Shown: piece after piece, positions 29,556 through 39,601 of the stretch
Position numbering within the stretch: position 1 is the first letter of the stretch
Layout of the letters: each line of letters begins with the position of its first letter
Source: Lysobacterales bacterium
GTDB taxonomy: Bacteria; Pseudomonadota; Gammaproteobacteria; Xanthomonadales; SZUA-5
Assembly: GCA_022844165.1 (NCBI GenBank)
Contig: JALHMH010000026.1
Location: forward strand, 1-64,000
Direction: 5' to 3'
Length of the DNA: 64,000 bases
Notes under the pieces: model-generated
Seen by the model: the letters and a program-made list of their open reading frames with translations, nothing else
Database searches by the model: none
Told to the model about the DNA's origin: nothing
Translations under genes and position numbers: made by a program

Positions 29556-31178
29556 ATGCGCTTCACCCGCGAAACTCATGCTTTCGGCAACTCAGAGTCG
29601 TTGCGTCGATATGAGCTGCGGCTCTTCAACCTGTATCGGCTACTGGTGGCTCTGGCGTTTGCAGTATTGCTCTTGACGCCCATCGCCTCGCGGTATTTCA
29701 GTCTGGGCGGCATCATGTTGTTCGCCGGCCAGATTGGCATCGTGCTGTATGTGTTGAGTGCAGCCGCTGTGTTCACGCTGGGGCAGTCGCAACGTTGGTC
29801 GATCGAGAGCACGACGATACTCGGCGTCGCCTCCGATTTGATCATCGGTTCGTTGTTGCTGTACGTGTTCGGTGGATTGAGCAGTGGTGTCGGTGTTTTG
29901 CTGCTGATTACCGTGGCCATGAGCGCATTGCTGTTACCAGGTCGATTGGCGCTGCTCGCAGCGGCGATCGCGACCGTGGCCTTGCTGTCAGAATCGCTCT
30001 ATGCACTTTGGGCGCGGTCCGGCAGCGATCGCAATCTGGCGCAGGCGGCGCTGGTTTCGGCGGCATTTTTTGCCACCGTGGCCATCTTCTACTGGCTCGC
30101 CCGAACCACACGAGAGAGCCAGGAACTGGCCGAGCGCCAGGGCGTCGATATCGCCAATCTGGCGCAAATCAACGAACTGATCATCCAGCGTATGCGCACC
30201 GGCATTCTGGTGGTCGACGGCAAAGCGCTGGTGCAGCGCTTTAACGAGTCCGGCTGGTACTTGCTGGGCACACCGCCCAGTGGCGAGACCGATCTGCGCA
30301 AACTTTCGCCGGAGCTCTACGACCGCTGGCGCTATTGGATCACGACCTCAAGACATAACAACGTACCGATTCAAATAGCGCAGGGCGTGCCTGCGATCGT
30401 GCCGCGGTTCACACGCCTGGGTGGCGACGACGATGCGGCCACGCTGTGCTTTCTAGAGGACGAAAGCATGGTGTATCGGCGCGCTGAAGAGTTGACGCTG
30501 GCGTCGCTGGGGCGATTGTCGGCGAGCATTGCCCACGAAGTGCGCAATCCGCTCGCAGCGATCAGTCACTCGGCGCAGCTGTTGGCCGAGTCCGAAGAAC
30601 TGCTGGAAGCGGATCGCCGGCTGATCGAAATCATCATGAACCACTGCACACGCGTCAACGGCATCGTCGAAAACGTACTGCAGCTATCGCGAAGGGAGCG
30701 CTCGCGTCCTGAATGTGTTCCACTGGCACCCTGGGCACATGGTTTTATCAACGATTTCAAACAGGCGCATCCGCTTGGACAGGATGTGCTCAAGCTCTAC
30801 CTCGAACACAAAGATGCCCGCGCACTCGTCGATCCCTCGCAGTTGACCCAGGCGGTCTGGAATCTGGTGCGAAATGCGCTTCGTTATGGGCGGCGTCCGG
30901 ACCATCCTGCGGAAGTCAGTCTGCGCGTCCGGCAACCCAACCCTTCGCAAGGCGCGCTGATCGATGTCGTCGATCGTGGCCCGGGCATTGCGCCGGCGCT
31001 GCATCGACAACTGTTCGAACCGTTTTTCACGACACACGCCGATGGCACCGGCCTTGGGCTGTACATTACCAAGCAGCTGCTCGGTGCCAATCAAGCGAGC
31101 ATCGAATACGTACCGGTACCCGGCGGCGGCAGTTGTTTCCGGATCCAACTCGCCGTTCCACAGCGCGATCTTGTTTGA
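29556..31178 (+). CDS. pilS: PilS-like two-component sensor histidine kinase
   Basis: LFNLYRL N-terminus, about 6 TM, IIQRMRTG PAS-like segment, H-box SIAHEVRNPL, N/G boxes (EPFFTT, GTGLGL). Confidence 0.8.
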   Translation: MRFTRETHAFGNSESLRRYELRLFNLYRLLVALAFAVLLLTPIASRYFSLGGIMLFAGQIGIVLYVLSAAAVFTLGQSQRWSIESTTILGVASDLIIGSLLLYVFGGLSSGVGVLLLITVAMSALLLPGRLALLAAAIATVALLSESLYALWARSGSDRNLAQAALVSAAFFATVAIFYWLARTTRESQELAERQGVDIANLAQINELIIQRMRTGILVVDGKALVQRFNESGWYLLGTPPSGETDLRKLSPELYDRWRYWITTSRHNNVPIQIAQGVPAIVPRFTRLGGDDDAATLCFLEDESMVYRRAEELTLASLGRLSASIAHEVRNPLAAISHSAQLLAESEELLEADRRLIEIIMNHCTRVNGIVENVLQLSRRERSRPECVPLAPWAHGFINDFKQAHPLGQDVLKLYLEHKDARALVDPSQLTQAVWNLVRNALRYGRRPDHPAEVSLRVRQPNPSQGALIDVVDRGPGIAPALHRQLFEPFFTTHADGTGLGLYITKQLLGANQASIEYVPVPGGGSCFRIQLAVPQRDLV

Positions 31179-31257
31179 CGAAACCGCTGCGGTCACCGAC
31201 GTCAGGCATCCCGACGTACGTCTTCCTTTCGTTGCCCGATCACGGCCGGTTCTGCCG

Positions 31258-33057
31258 TTATCGGCCTGCAGGCACTACGGCGTCGACGCTCGCGCGTGTG
31301 ATCGGGTGATAACCGGGTCGCGCTTTGGCGTAGACCTGTCTGGCGAATGCCGCGTCTTTCGCGGCCAACGCCGTAAACAGCGGCAGCACGAATTTGCGAC
31401 GCCCAACGCGCGTCAGGAACGCTTCGATCGCTGGGAACGCAGCGCGGTAGTCCGCCTCGATGGCTTTTTGGTACCAGGCAAAAGCGATCTCGCTATTGCC
31501 AGACTGGCTCAACGCAAAGCGCTCATCGAGCGCGGCCAGTCGGGCACCCGGGATGTCGGTCGGCAGGCCCTCGATAAAACGCAGCCATTCCTGTGTCGTC
31601 CATTGTTCGGTGCTCAGCGTCTCCGCCTCGCCATCGCGCAACCAGCGGTTGCGCGCCTGATCGACGGCAACGAAGCGCGCAGCCTGCGTTCGGGGCGTGT
31701 TGCCTGGCACGCCAGGGCGGTCGATGAACGCCAACATCTCTTCGCGAGTCGCGATGCCAGGGTTCCTGGCCAGGAGCTGCTCTTCCGTGAAAGCCAGAAA
31801 GTCGTCCGTCGTCACCGCGCCAAAGGCGTGTTTGTCGAACCAATCGCGCAGGAAGGGATCGAAGCGTTCTCTGCCAAATCGCGTCTCCAGAAATCGCAGC
31901 AGCAACATGCCTTTGGTGTACGCCACCTCCGTCATACCGTCGTCCGGATCGCGGCCGCGCAAATCGAGTCGCAAGTGTTGATCCGCAGGTTTCAGATCGA
32001 GCAGCTCGCCATCCAGCCCTGACTCCGACAGCTCGCGTTCCATCGCCGCCCGTTCGGCGTCGAACGCTGCTTCAATAATGCGATTCTCAACGTAAGTGGT
32101 GAACCCCTCGTTCAGCCAGAAGTGATCCCACGTAGCATTGGTGACGAGGTTACCCGACCACGAATGCGCCAGTTCGTGTGCGATCAGCGAAACCAGACTG
32201 CGATCGCCGGCGATGACCGTCGGCGTCAGGAAGGTCAGGCGCGGGTTCTCCATCCCACCGAAAGGAAAGGATGGCGGCAGCACCAGCAGATCGTAGCGGC
32301 CCCAGCGATAGGGGCCGTAAAGGCTCTCGGTCAGATCGATCATGCGCTCGGTGTCTGCAAACTCGTGCGCCGCCGCTTCGAGCATTGATGGCTCCGCGTA
32401 AATGCCGCTGCGCGCGCCCAGTGGCGCGAACTTAAGATCGCCGACGGCGATCGCCAATAAGTAGCTCGGTATCGGTTGCCGCATCACAAATCGGTAGTCG
32501 CCATCGGCGACATCCGTCGAATCGTTCTCCGCGCTCATGCGCGCCAGCAACCCCTTCGGTGTGCGAATCCGCGCTCCATAGGTGAAGCGCACGGCCGGCG
32601 AGTCCTGAATCGGCAGCCATGACCGCGCGTGGATCGCTTGCGATTGACTGAACAAAAACGGTTGAACCTTGCCCGCCGTCAGCGCCGGTTCCAGCCACTG
32701 CAAGCCCGATGCCTCAGGCCTCGTGCGGTAGTAAATGCGCACGCGTTGGGTGTCGACGGGCAGCGCCAGGCTGAGCTTCTGGCCAAAAATCGGATCGCGC
32801 GTGCTCAGTTGCGCGGGAATCTTCCGATACTCACCCGCGACGATGGCATAGGCTTTGTCGATGTCCAGATCGCGCGTATCGAGCAGCAGACGCGACGCGC
32901 TGCGATCCAGCGTCAGTTCGACAAATCCCTCGAGGCGGCGCTGCTCGAAATCGACCCTCAAATCCAGTTCGGCGTGGCGCACGCGTACCTCATCGAGGTT
33001 GGCATACGAATGTGGGTCGGCGGCGAGCGCGGCGGTCATCAGCAGTGCGGAGAGCAT
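31258..33057 (-). CDS. M1 family aminopeptidase (leukotriene A4 hydrolase-like), secreted
   Basis: DPHSYAN, GGMENP, HELAHSW...NEG (HEXXH-18-E), YTKG. Confidence 0.95.
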   Translation of the reverse strand: MLSALLMTAALAADPHSYANLDEVRVRHAELDLRVDFEQRRLEGFVELTLDRSASRLLLDTRDLDIDKAYAIVAGEYRKIPAQLSTRDPIFGQKLSLALPVDTQRVRIYYRTRPEASGLQWLEPALTAGKVQPFLFSQSQAIHARSWLPIQDSPAVRFTYGARIRTPKGLLARMSAENDSTDVADGDYRFVMRQPIPSYLLAIAVGDLKFAPLGARSGIYAEPSMLEAAAHEFADTERMIDLTESLYGPYRWGRYDLLVLPPSFPFGGMENPRLTFLTPTVIAGDRSLVSLIAHELAHSWSGNLVTNATWDHFWLNEGFTTYVENRIIEAAFDAERAAMERELSESGLDGELLDLKPADQHLRLDLRGRDPDDGMTEVAYTKGMLLLRFLETRFGRERFDPFLRDWFDKHAFGAVTTDDFLAFTEEQLLARNPGIATREEMLAFIDRPGVPGNTPRTQAARFVAVDQARNRWLRDGEAETLSTEQWTTQEWLRFIEGLPTDIPGARLAALDERFALSQSGNSEIAFAWYQKAIEADYRAAFPAIEAFLTRVGRRKFVLPLFTALAAKDAAFARQVYAKARPGYHPITRASVDAVVPAGR

Positions 33058-33177
33058 AGTTGGAGATCACATGAGCAAGTATCAGTATGCCCGTGTTCCG
33101 CCGAGCTCATGAAATTTGCGGGCTGGAATCCTGGCGAAGCCTCGCTAGAGTCCTTGACGGAGACTGATCTCGACAAA

Positions 33178-33257
33178 TGAGTCAAATCTTCTACGAAGCG
33201 GCTTTGGCTTTTGAAGCCTTGTCATTTGAGTCAAATTTTCTTCGGAGCGGCTTTGGC
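33178..33257. repeat. Two 31-bp imperfect direct repeats separated by 18 bp
   Basis: TGAGTCAAATCTTCTACGAAGCGGCTTTGGC (33178-33208) vs TGAGTCAAATTTTCTTCGGAGCGGCTTTGGC (33227-33257), 3 mismatches. Confidence 0.8.
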
Positions 33258-33366
33258 AGCCCCTTAAACTACAAGGGGCGATTGAGCGCGCAGCGCTCGA
33301 TGGGGGTTGTGGCAAGTACGGTGTCGGGCGAAGCCAACATTGCTCGGCGGTCTGGGACACCACACT

Positions 33367-33520
33367 GGCAGGCTGTTGAGAAACAGCCTGCGGGCGCGAA
33401 CCATGGATGGTTCGCACATGGATCGAGCACGTAAGTGCTTGATCCATGGAGAGCGAGTCCGGACATGTGCCGGACTCGCGACTTGAGAAACGCACAGGAA
33501 GTGCGTTTCTCAACAAAGTG
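33367..33520 (+). repeat. 154-bp multi-hairpin MITE-like element, copy 2
   Basis: Five consecutive hairpins; ends CAGGCTGTTGAGAAA...TTTCTCAACAAAGTG, flanked by CTGG and CTAG; homologous to 19504-19657. Confidence 0.85.
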
Positions 33521-33535
33521 CTAGAGATCTCGCAA

Positions 33536-34195
33536 ATGTTCATCCTTGGCACCGACACCGGTATTGGCAAGACGTTCGTAACGGCCGGTTTGGTGCGGGC
33601 GCTGCGTCGCATGGGCGCGCCAGCGGCAGCAATGAAACCAATCGCCAGTGGCATTGAAGCAACCGGGCTCTATGCCGACATCGAAGCGCTGCGCGCCGCA
33701 TCTGAGCTCGGCGCAGACCAGATCAATCTCTATCGTTTCGCGCCACCCATCGCGCCGCATCGTGCTGCGCAGCTGGCTGGCGTCGATATCGTGCTTCCGC
33801 CCATCGTAGAGCGACATACCGCGCTGGCCGCGCGCTTCCGCCCGTTGCTGGTGGAAGGCGTGGGCGGCGTCGCTGTGCCGTTGTCCAATTCGCTGATGCA
33901 ACTGGATCTGGTGCGCGCCCTGAAAGTGCCGACGTTGCTGGTGGTTGGGCTGAAATTGGGCTGCATAAATCATGCGTTGCTGAGCGCAGCCGCGATCTCC
34001 GCGCACGGTTTGCAACTGGGCGGGTGGATCGGCAATGCGGTCGATCCGCAGATGTTGGAGCGAGACGCCAGCGTAGAGGCAATCGCACGTCGCATTGGCG
34101 TCGATTGTCTGGGCACGATCAGCTATCAGCCCGAAGAGACTGAGTTCGATCTCTTGGTTGCGCGCTGGCGCGAGCGATTCGCGCCAGCGCAATAA
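33536..34195 (+). CDS. bioD: Dethiobiotin synthase
   Basis: FILGTDTGIGKT, MKPIASG, APHRAA, VEGVGG, LGCINHALL; start uncertain (33446, 33518 or 33536). Confidence 0.92.
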   Translation: MFILGTDTGIGKTFVTAGLVRALRRMGAPAAAMKPIASGIEATGLYADIEALRAASELGADQINLYRFAPPIAPHRAAQLAGVDIVLPPIVERHTALAARFRPLLVEGVGGVAVPLSNSLMQLDLVRALKVPTLLVVGLKLGCINHALLSAAAISAHGLQLGGWIGNAVDPQMLERDASVEAIARRIGVDCLGTISYQPEETEFDLLVARWRERFAPAQ

Positions 34196-34216
34196 ACTGG
34201 ATGCTGACGGCGTTCG

Positions 34217-34432
34217 TCAGTCGCGGTGTTCCCACAAGTACGTCAGGCGATCTTTAGCCCTGAGCTTTTCTTTTTTCAGCGAATGCAGCGTCATGTCGTC
34301 CATCGGGCGCATGCCAAGTTCAGCGTCGTGCACCTGCTTGTCCAGATCGCGATGGTGCTGGTACAAACGCTTGAACTCATCGCTGCGGTCGATCATTGCC
34401 TGAACATCATCTGGGTTTTGGTTTTCGAACAT
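34217..34432 (-). CDS. YdcH/DUF465 family protein
   Basis: 71 aa after strong RBS AGGAGG; FKRLYQHHRDLD...LKKEKLRAKDRL. Confidence 0.88.
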   Translation of the reverse strand: MFENQNPDDVQAMIDRSDEFKRLYQHHRDLDKQVHDAELGMRPMDDMTLHSLKKEKLRAKDRLTYLWEHRD

Positions 34433-34771
34433 CACCCACCTCCTAGCTTTGGAAGTCACCGAAAAGACACCGGAGACGCGACCGCCTCTCCAGCGTTGCA
34501 CCTGGTATGACGCCAATTTTGCGGTTTGCGGCTTGCAGGCGCCCGCGTGCTCGCAGGGAGAGCACAGATTCGTTGGGCACCGCCATTGCCGCCATTGAAG
34601 CCCTCTTTCATCGCTCGGGGCGTCCTCAGGAAAGGCACGAAACGATCCACTTTCAGATCATCCGCACCTCTCTTGGAACATTACTCCGATTGCATCCGGT
34701 CGGCAACCCGCTTGCGTGACGTGTCAGCCTCGGGCGATTGTTGCCGGCCCAGTCCTTTCCAAGAGCGATCG

Positions 34772-35401
34772 ATGGACGCGCGTCAACAGTTCTTAACTCT
34801 GGCATTGGCCAAGAGCGTGCTGCGTTTTGGCCAGTTTACGCTCAAGAGCGGTCGTATCAGTCCGTACTTTTTCAACGCCGGCGAGATCAATTCCGGGTCC
34901 GCGCTGGCCGCACTGGGGCGTGGTTATGCGGCGGCGCTCGATGCCTCTGGCATTGCGTACGACATGCTGTTCGGCCCGGCCTACAAGGGCATCGTACTCG
35001 CTGCGGCCACCGCCATCGCGCTCGGCGAGCGCGATGTACCGTTCGCCTATAACCGCAAAGAGGTGAAAGATCACGGCGAAGGCGGGCAGATGGTAGGTGC
35101 GCCACTCAAGGGCCGCGTGGTCATCGTCGACGATGTCATCAGCGCCGGGACCAGCGTGCGCGAATCGGTGCAGATCATCGAAGCGCATGGTGCCGTCCCC
35201 GCCGCCGTCCTGATTGCGCTGGATCGCCAGGAACGCGGTGGCGGTGCGCTCTCGGCGGCGCAGGAGGTTACAGGGCGCTATCGCATCCCGGTGATTGCGC
35301 TCGCCGATTTGACGGAGCTGCTGCGGTTCGTCGATGGCACGCCGGCATTGGCACAACACCGGGCGGCGCTGCTCGAGTATCGGGCTCAATACGGCGTATG
35401 A
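34772..35401 (+). CDS. pyrE: Orotate phosphoribosyltransferase
   Basis: [48 protein letters not shown]. Confidence 0.97.
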   Translation: MDARQQFLTLALAKSVLRFGQFTLKSGRISPYFFNAGEINSGSALAALGRGYAAALDASGIAYDMLFGPAYKGIVLAAATAIALGERDVPFAYNRKEVKDHGEGGQMVGAPLKGRVVIVDDVISAGTSVRESVQIIEAHGAVPAAVLIALDRQERGGGALSAAQEVTGRYRIPVIALADLTELLRFVDGTPALAQHRAALLEYRAQYGV

Positions 35402-35460
35402 CTGCCACAGCGCGCGCGCGTTTGTTAAGCTTGCTGCACCGCACAAAAAGGGGGCTGATC

Positions 35461-38130
35461 ATGCCGCGTTCCGTGGTCTTTGAAGCACGCGATCAACGCC
35501 TGCGAGAAGATGTCAGCCTGCTGGGGCGGCTGGTCGGAGAGATGCTCACCGATCAGCTCGGCACCAGTTTTTTCTCGCTGCTCGAACAGGTTCGAGCGTG
35601 CGCGATTGCCCGGCGCGAAGGCGAAACGGAACGCCTGGGCGAGTTGTCGGCGCTGCTGAGCGCGCTGCCGACGACCACAGCGCTCGACCTGGTCCGCGCC
35701 TTCTCCAGCTACTTCCAGCTGGTCAACATTGCCGAACAAGTGCATCGCATCCGTCGCCGCCGCGAGTTCCAGGCGGCAGATGCCGGCCCGCAGCCGGGCA
35801 GCATCCTGGAGACGCTGCAACGCATGAAGGCGCAGGGCGTCGATGCCGATGCCTTACGCCGCTGCCTGCGAAAACTGCTCTTAGAACCGGTGTTCACCGC
35901 GCATCCCACGGAAGCGACCCGGCGTACGCTGTTGGAAAAAGAGCAGCGCATCGTTCGCAGCCTGATCGAACGATTGGACGCTGGGCAGACGCCACAGGAG
36001 GATTGTGCGCGGCTGGCACAGATCCGCATGCATATCACCGCCGCCTGGCAAACGGCCGAGTTCTCCGACGTCCGTCCGACGGTCGAACAAGAGCGGGAAC
36101 ATGTGTTGTTTTACCTCTCGGACGTGCTCTATCGCGCCGTCCCCGCCTGCTACTGGGAATTCGAGCGCTGCCTCGCGGCGACCTACCCGGGTGTCTCCCT
36201 GCTCGGTCTGCGCCGCCCACTGGTGCGTTTCGGCACCTGGGTCGGCGGCGACATGGATGGCAATCCGAACGTCGGTGCGAACACGATTCGCGAAGCGCTG
36301 GCCGCGCATCGCCGCGTGCTGTTCGCCCGCTATCAGGCGGAGATTAAAGAGCTGGCGCTGATCCTGAGCCAATCAAGCGCCCGCGTTGCGATCGACACTT
36401 CCGTCACGGATCGCGTCAAGGTCTACGCGAAATTGCATCGCCGCGCCTTTAGCGCGATCGCCGAACGTTATCGCGACATGCCCTATCGCTGTCTGCTGAC
36501 ATTGATCGGCGCGCGCCTTCAGGCAACGCAAGAGGGCCGTGGCGGTTACGACGGCCCGGCCGAGTTTCTCGCAGATCTCGACATCATTGCGCTGTCGCTG
36601 ACGCGCAATGGTGGACGCCATGCCGGTCTGCATCCGTTCCAGCGCTTCCAGACACGCGCACACACGTTCGGTTTTCACCTGGCGGCACTCGATGTTCGGC
36701 AACACGCCGCCGTGCATCGCGCTGCATTGGCTGCACTCGGTGTCGAGAACTTACATCGCTCCATCAGTGACGGCGTGGACATGGTCGTGGAAGCAGACCG
36801 CTCCGCGCACCCTGATGTGCGCGCCGTGCTCGAGGTGTTTGTTGCACTCAAAGAGGCGCGCGAACGCTACGGCTCGGCGGCCCTGGGTGTCTTTATCGTC
36901 AGCATGAGCGAGCACGCCGCAGATACACTGAGCGTTTTGGCGCTCGCGCGTATCGCCGGCTGCGATCCGGACCTGCTCGATGTGGCGCCGCTGTTTGAAA
37001 CCGTGGATGACCTGGCCGCAGCGCCGACGATTCTCCGCGAGCTGCTGGACGATCCGGCCTATCGCGCGCACTTGCGGGCGCGAGGGCATCGTCAGGTCGT
37101 GATGCTGGGGTACTCGGACAGCAACAAAGACGGTGGTATCGCCGCTTCGCGTTTCGCGCTGCAAGAGGCCCAGGCGGAACTGACGCAGATCGCAGCAAGC
37201 GCCGGCATCGACTTGAGTTTCTTTCATGGCCGCGGCGGCACGGCGTCGCGCGGCGGTGGCCGCACCGAACGCGCCGTCGCGGCATCGCCGGCGGGCAGCG
37301 TCAACGGCCATCTGCGACTGACCGAACAAGGCGAAGTGATCCACCGCAAGTACGGTATTCGCGCAATCGCGTTGCGCAATATCGAACAGGCATTCTCCGG
37401 ACTGCTGATCGCCACCACGCGTACGCTCGTCGATCCACGCGAGGCCGTTTGGCGCCAGGTCATGGCGACCATTGCCGACGCATCCCGGGCGCACTATCGG
37501 GCGTTGATTTACGACGATGTCGAGTTTGCCGACTACTTTCGAACGGCGACGCCGATCGACGTCATCGAGCGCATGAAAATCAGTTCGCGCCCAAGTTTGC
37601 GCAAAGGCAACGCCTTCCGGATCGAGCAATTGCGCGCCATTCCGTGGGTGTTCGCATGGTCGCAAAGTCGCCATGGACTGCCCGGCTGGTATGGCTTAGG
37701 TAGTGGCATCGAACGCGCCATCGCCGACCACGGTGCCGATGTGTTGACCGAAATGACCGCCGACTGGCCGTTCTTCAGGTTGTTACTCGAAGATGTGGAG
37801 ATGGTGCTCGCCAAGAGCGATAGCGATATTGCGGCGCGCTACTCGGCGCTATCGCCGCTGCACGGCCGCTACTGGCCGAGCATCGAATCCGAGTGGCAAC
37901 GCACGGAGCGGCTGATCCTGGCGCTCAAAGGCGAAAATCAGTTACTCAATTACGATCGTCGATTGCAGCGCACGATCCGCCTGCGTAACCCATACGTCGA
38001 TCCGATCAGCGTGTTACAGATCGACCTGTTGCTCCGTTGGCGTGCGGCAGAACGCCAGGACGATGCCTTATTCGAAGCGCTCGTCAGCACCGTCAACGGC
38101 ATCGCGCGTGGTCTGCAGAACACCGGATAG
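35461..38130 (+). CDS. ppc: Phosphoenolpyruvate carboxylase
   Basis: VFTAHPTE, WVGGDMDGNP, VMLGYSDSNKDGG, FHGRGG, LRAIPWVF, C-terminal GLQNTG. Confidence 0.97.
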   Translation: MPRSVVFEARDQRLREDVSLLGRLVGEMLTDQLGTSFFSLLEQVRACAIARREGETERLGELSALLSALPTTTALDLVRAFSSYFQLVNIAEQVHRIRRRREFQAADAGPQPGSILETLQRMKAQGVDADALRRCLRKLLLEPVFTAHPTEATRRTLLEKEQRIVRSLIERLDAGQTPQEDCARLAQIRMHITAAWQTAEFSDVRPTVEQEREHVLFYLSDVLYRAVPACYWEFERCLAATYPGVSLLGLRRPLVRFGTWVGGDMDGNPNVGANTIREALAAHRRVLFARYQAEIKELALILSQSSARVAIDTSVTDRVKVYAKLHRRAFSAIAERYRDMPYRCLLTLIGARLQATQEGRGGYDGPAEFLADLDIIALSLTRNGGRHAGLHPFQRFQTRAHTFGFHLAALDVRQHAAVHRAALAALGVENLHRSISDGVDMVVEADRSAHPDVRAVLEVFVALKEARERYGSAALGVFIVSMSEHAADTLSVLALARIAGCDPDLLDVAPLFETVDDLAAAPTILRELLDDPAYRAHLRARGHRQVVMLGYSDSNKDGGIAASRFALQEAQAELTQIAASAGIDLSFFHGRGGTASRGGGRTERAVAASPAGSVNGHLRLTEQGEVIHRKYGIRAIALRNIEQAFSGLLIATTRTLVDPREAVWRQVMATIADASRAHYRALIYDDVEFADYFRTATPIDVIERMKISSRPSLRKGNAFRIEQLRAIPWVFAWSQSRHGLPGWYGLGSGIERAIADHGADVLTEMTADWPFFRLLLEDVEMVLAKSDSDIAARYSALSPLHGRYWPSIESEWQRTERLILALKGENQLLNYDRRLQRTIRLRNPYVDPISVLQIDLLLRWRAAERQDDALFEALVSTVNGIARGLQNTG

Positions 38131-38139
38131 CGAGCGCCG

Positions 38140-38165
38140 AACGCGCTTGGCCGCAGCGCGTTTTT
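38140..38165 (+). terminator. Probable rho-independent terminator after ppc
   Basis: AACGCGCT-7 nt-AGCGCGTT followed by a T-run. Confidence 0.6.
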
Positions 38166-38286
38166 GTGTGAGCCTGTCAGCGAGCCACCCGCAAAGACAG
38201 AAAAGTCGACCAACCCTATGCCTCAACCTGAAGCCTTGCCTAGTCTTTAAGGAAAGACAATTTCCGTCCGGCCGGTCCGTCAAAAA

Positions 38287-39486
38287 ATGAAATGCAAACT
38301 CGCCGTAGTCCTCGGTCTTCTCGCCCCCGCCGCGGCAGCGGACGTTTCTGGTTACGTGGAAGTGGGCGCCACCTCGACCAACGCGGAACGCGTCTGGCCG
38401 GAAGGTGGCGTTGGTGCCATCGGTCGTGGCAACGGCCTTTACGGCGAGGCGCGGCTGAGCGTCGAGCAACGCACCTTCGATGATCGCGTGTTCGCCTTCG
38501 CATCGGTGCTGGCGCGCAGTGACGACGGCGGCCGACACGTCGGGCTCATCGAAGCCTTCGTCGATGTCGGGCGTTTGAATCAGGAAGAATATCGACTGCG
38601 CGTCGGGCAATTCTTCGCCAGCACCAGTCGCGAAAACGTCGAGGCGTTCTGGCAAACGCCCTACACGCTGAGCTTGTCGGCCGTGAACGCCTGGATCGGC
38701 GAGGAGTTTCGGCCGATCGGCGCTGAGTTCGTCAAACGCTGGCGGCTCGATGGTGCAGCGGCGCTCGATCTTGGCGTGAGCGCCTATGTCGGCAACGACA
38801 CCGGGCCGGCGGCGCTGGCCTGGCGCGGGTTTGCGCTGCACAATCGTTTGTCGGTGTATGGCGAGGCACTACCGCTGTTACCGCTGCCCTCGCTTCGCGA
38901 TCCGCGGCGCTTCGGTGCCCAGCGCAGCGATGGAACGCAGCCGTTTGGGCCCGATCTCGATCGTCGGCTCGGATATGCGGTGCGCGGACGCTATGACACT
39001 GGATCGGGGTTTCGGCTCTCCGCCTTTTACACCGACAATCGCGGCGATCAGGATCTGCACAACGGCGACGAATACGCCTGGAACACCACGTTCGCGCTGC
39101 TGGGTTTCGACTGGTCGATCGACGAGCAATGGACCCTGCTCGGCGAAGTCCTCCACGGCGATACATTGATGGGATTTCCGCCGGGACCGAACGTCGATTT
39201 CGATTTCAATGCAGCGTATTTGCTGCTCAGCTTCCAAGAAGGCGCGTGGACGTATTCTGCTCGAATCGACACCTTCCACATCAGCGAAATCGACCGTTCA
39301 TTCGGTGAATTGAACAGACAGAACGGCAATGCGCTGACGCTCGCGGTGCTGCGCGAGTGGCGAGACTGGCGGTTTGGCGCTGAGTTGCTCTACGGTGATA
39401 TCACGCGTCCCGGCAACGTCGAATTCCTGGGCGAGATCGATCAGGGTGGCGTGCAGGCGATGGTGCTGGCGCGACGCTATTTCTGA
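38287..39486 (+). CDS. Putative outer-membrane beta-barrel (porin-like) protein
   Basis: Signal peptide, alternating amphipathic strands, C-terminal aromatic (ARRYF). Confidence 0.7.
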   Translation: MKCKLAVVLGLLAPAAAADVSGYVEVGATSTNAERVWPEGGVGAIGRGNGLYGEARLSVEQRTFDDRVFAFASVLARSDDGGRHVGLIEAFVDVGRLNQEEYRLRVGQFFASTSRENVEAFWQTPYTLSLSAVNAWIGEEFRPIGAEFVKRWRLDGAAALDLGVSAYVGNDTGPAALAWRGFALHNRLSVYGEALPLLPLPSLRDPRRFGAQRSDGTQPFGPDLDRRLGYAVRGRYDTGSGFRLSAFYTDNRGDQDLHNGDEYAWNTTFALLGFDWSIDEQWTLLGEVLHGDTLMGFPPGPNVDFDFNAAYLLLSFQEGAWTYSARIDTFHISEIDRSFGELNRQNGNALTLAVLREWRDWRFGAELLYGDITRPGNVEFLGEIDQGGVQAMVLARRYF

Positions 39487-39601
39487 CACACCGAGTTGTA
39501 CCGGTCTTCGTTGCGCTCTACCATGCACGCGGCGAGCATTCGGAGGCGCGCGATGATCAACGACGGCTTGGCGTTCGGCTTACTCGATCCAGGCGCTGGC
39601 G

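Noticed and set aside
33178-33257. Mini CRISPR array
   Set aside because: Only two imperfect repeats, an 18-bp spacer and no cas genes.
33367-33520. tRNA or known riboswitch upstream of bioD
   Set aside because: No cloverleaf or T-loop consensus, and a homologous copy lies between convergent unrelated genes, which favours a dispersed repeat.
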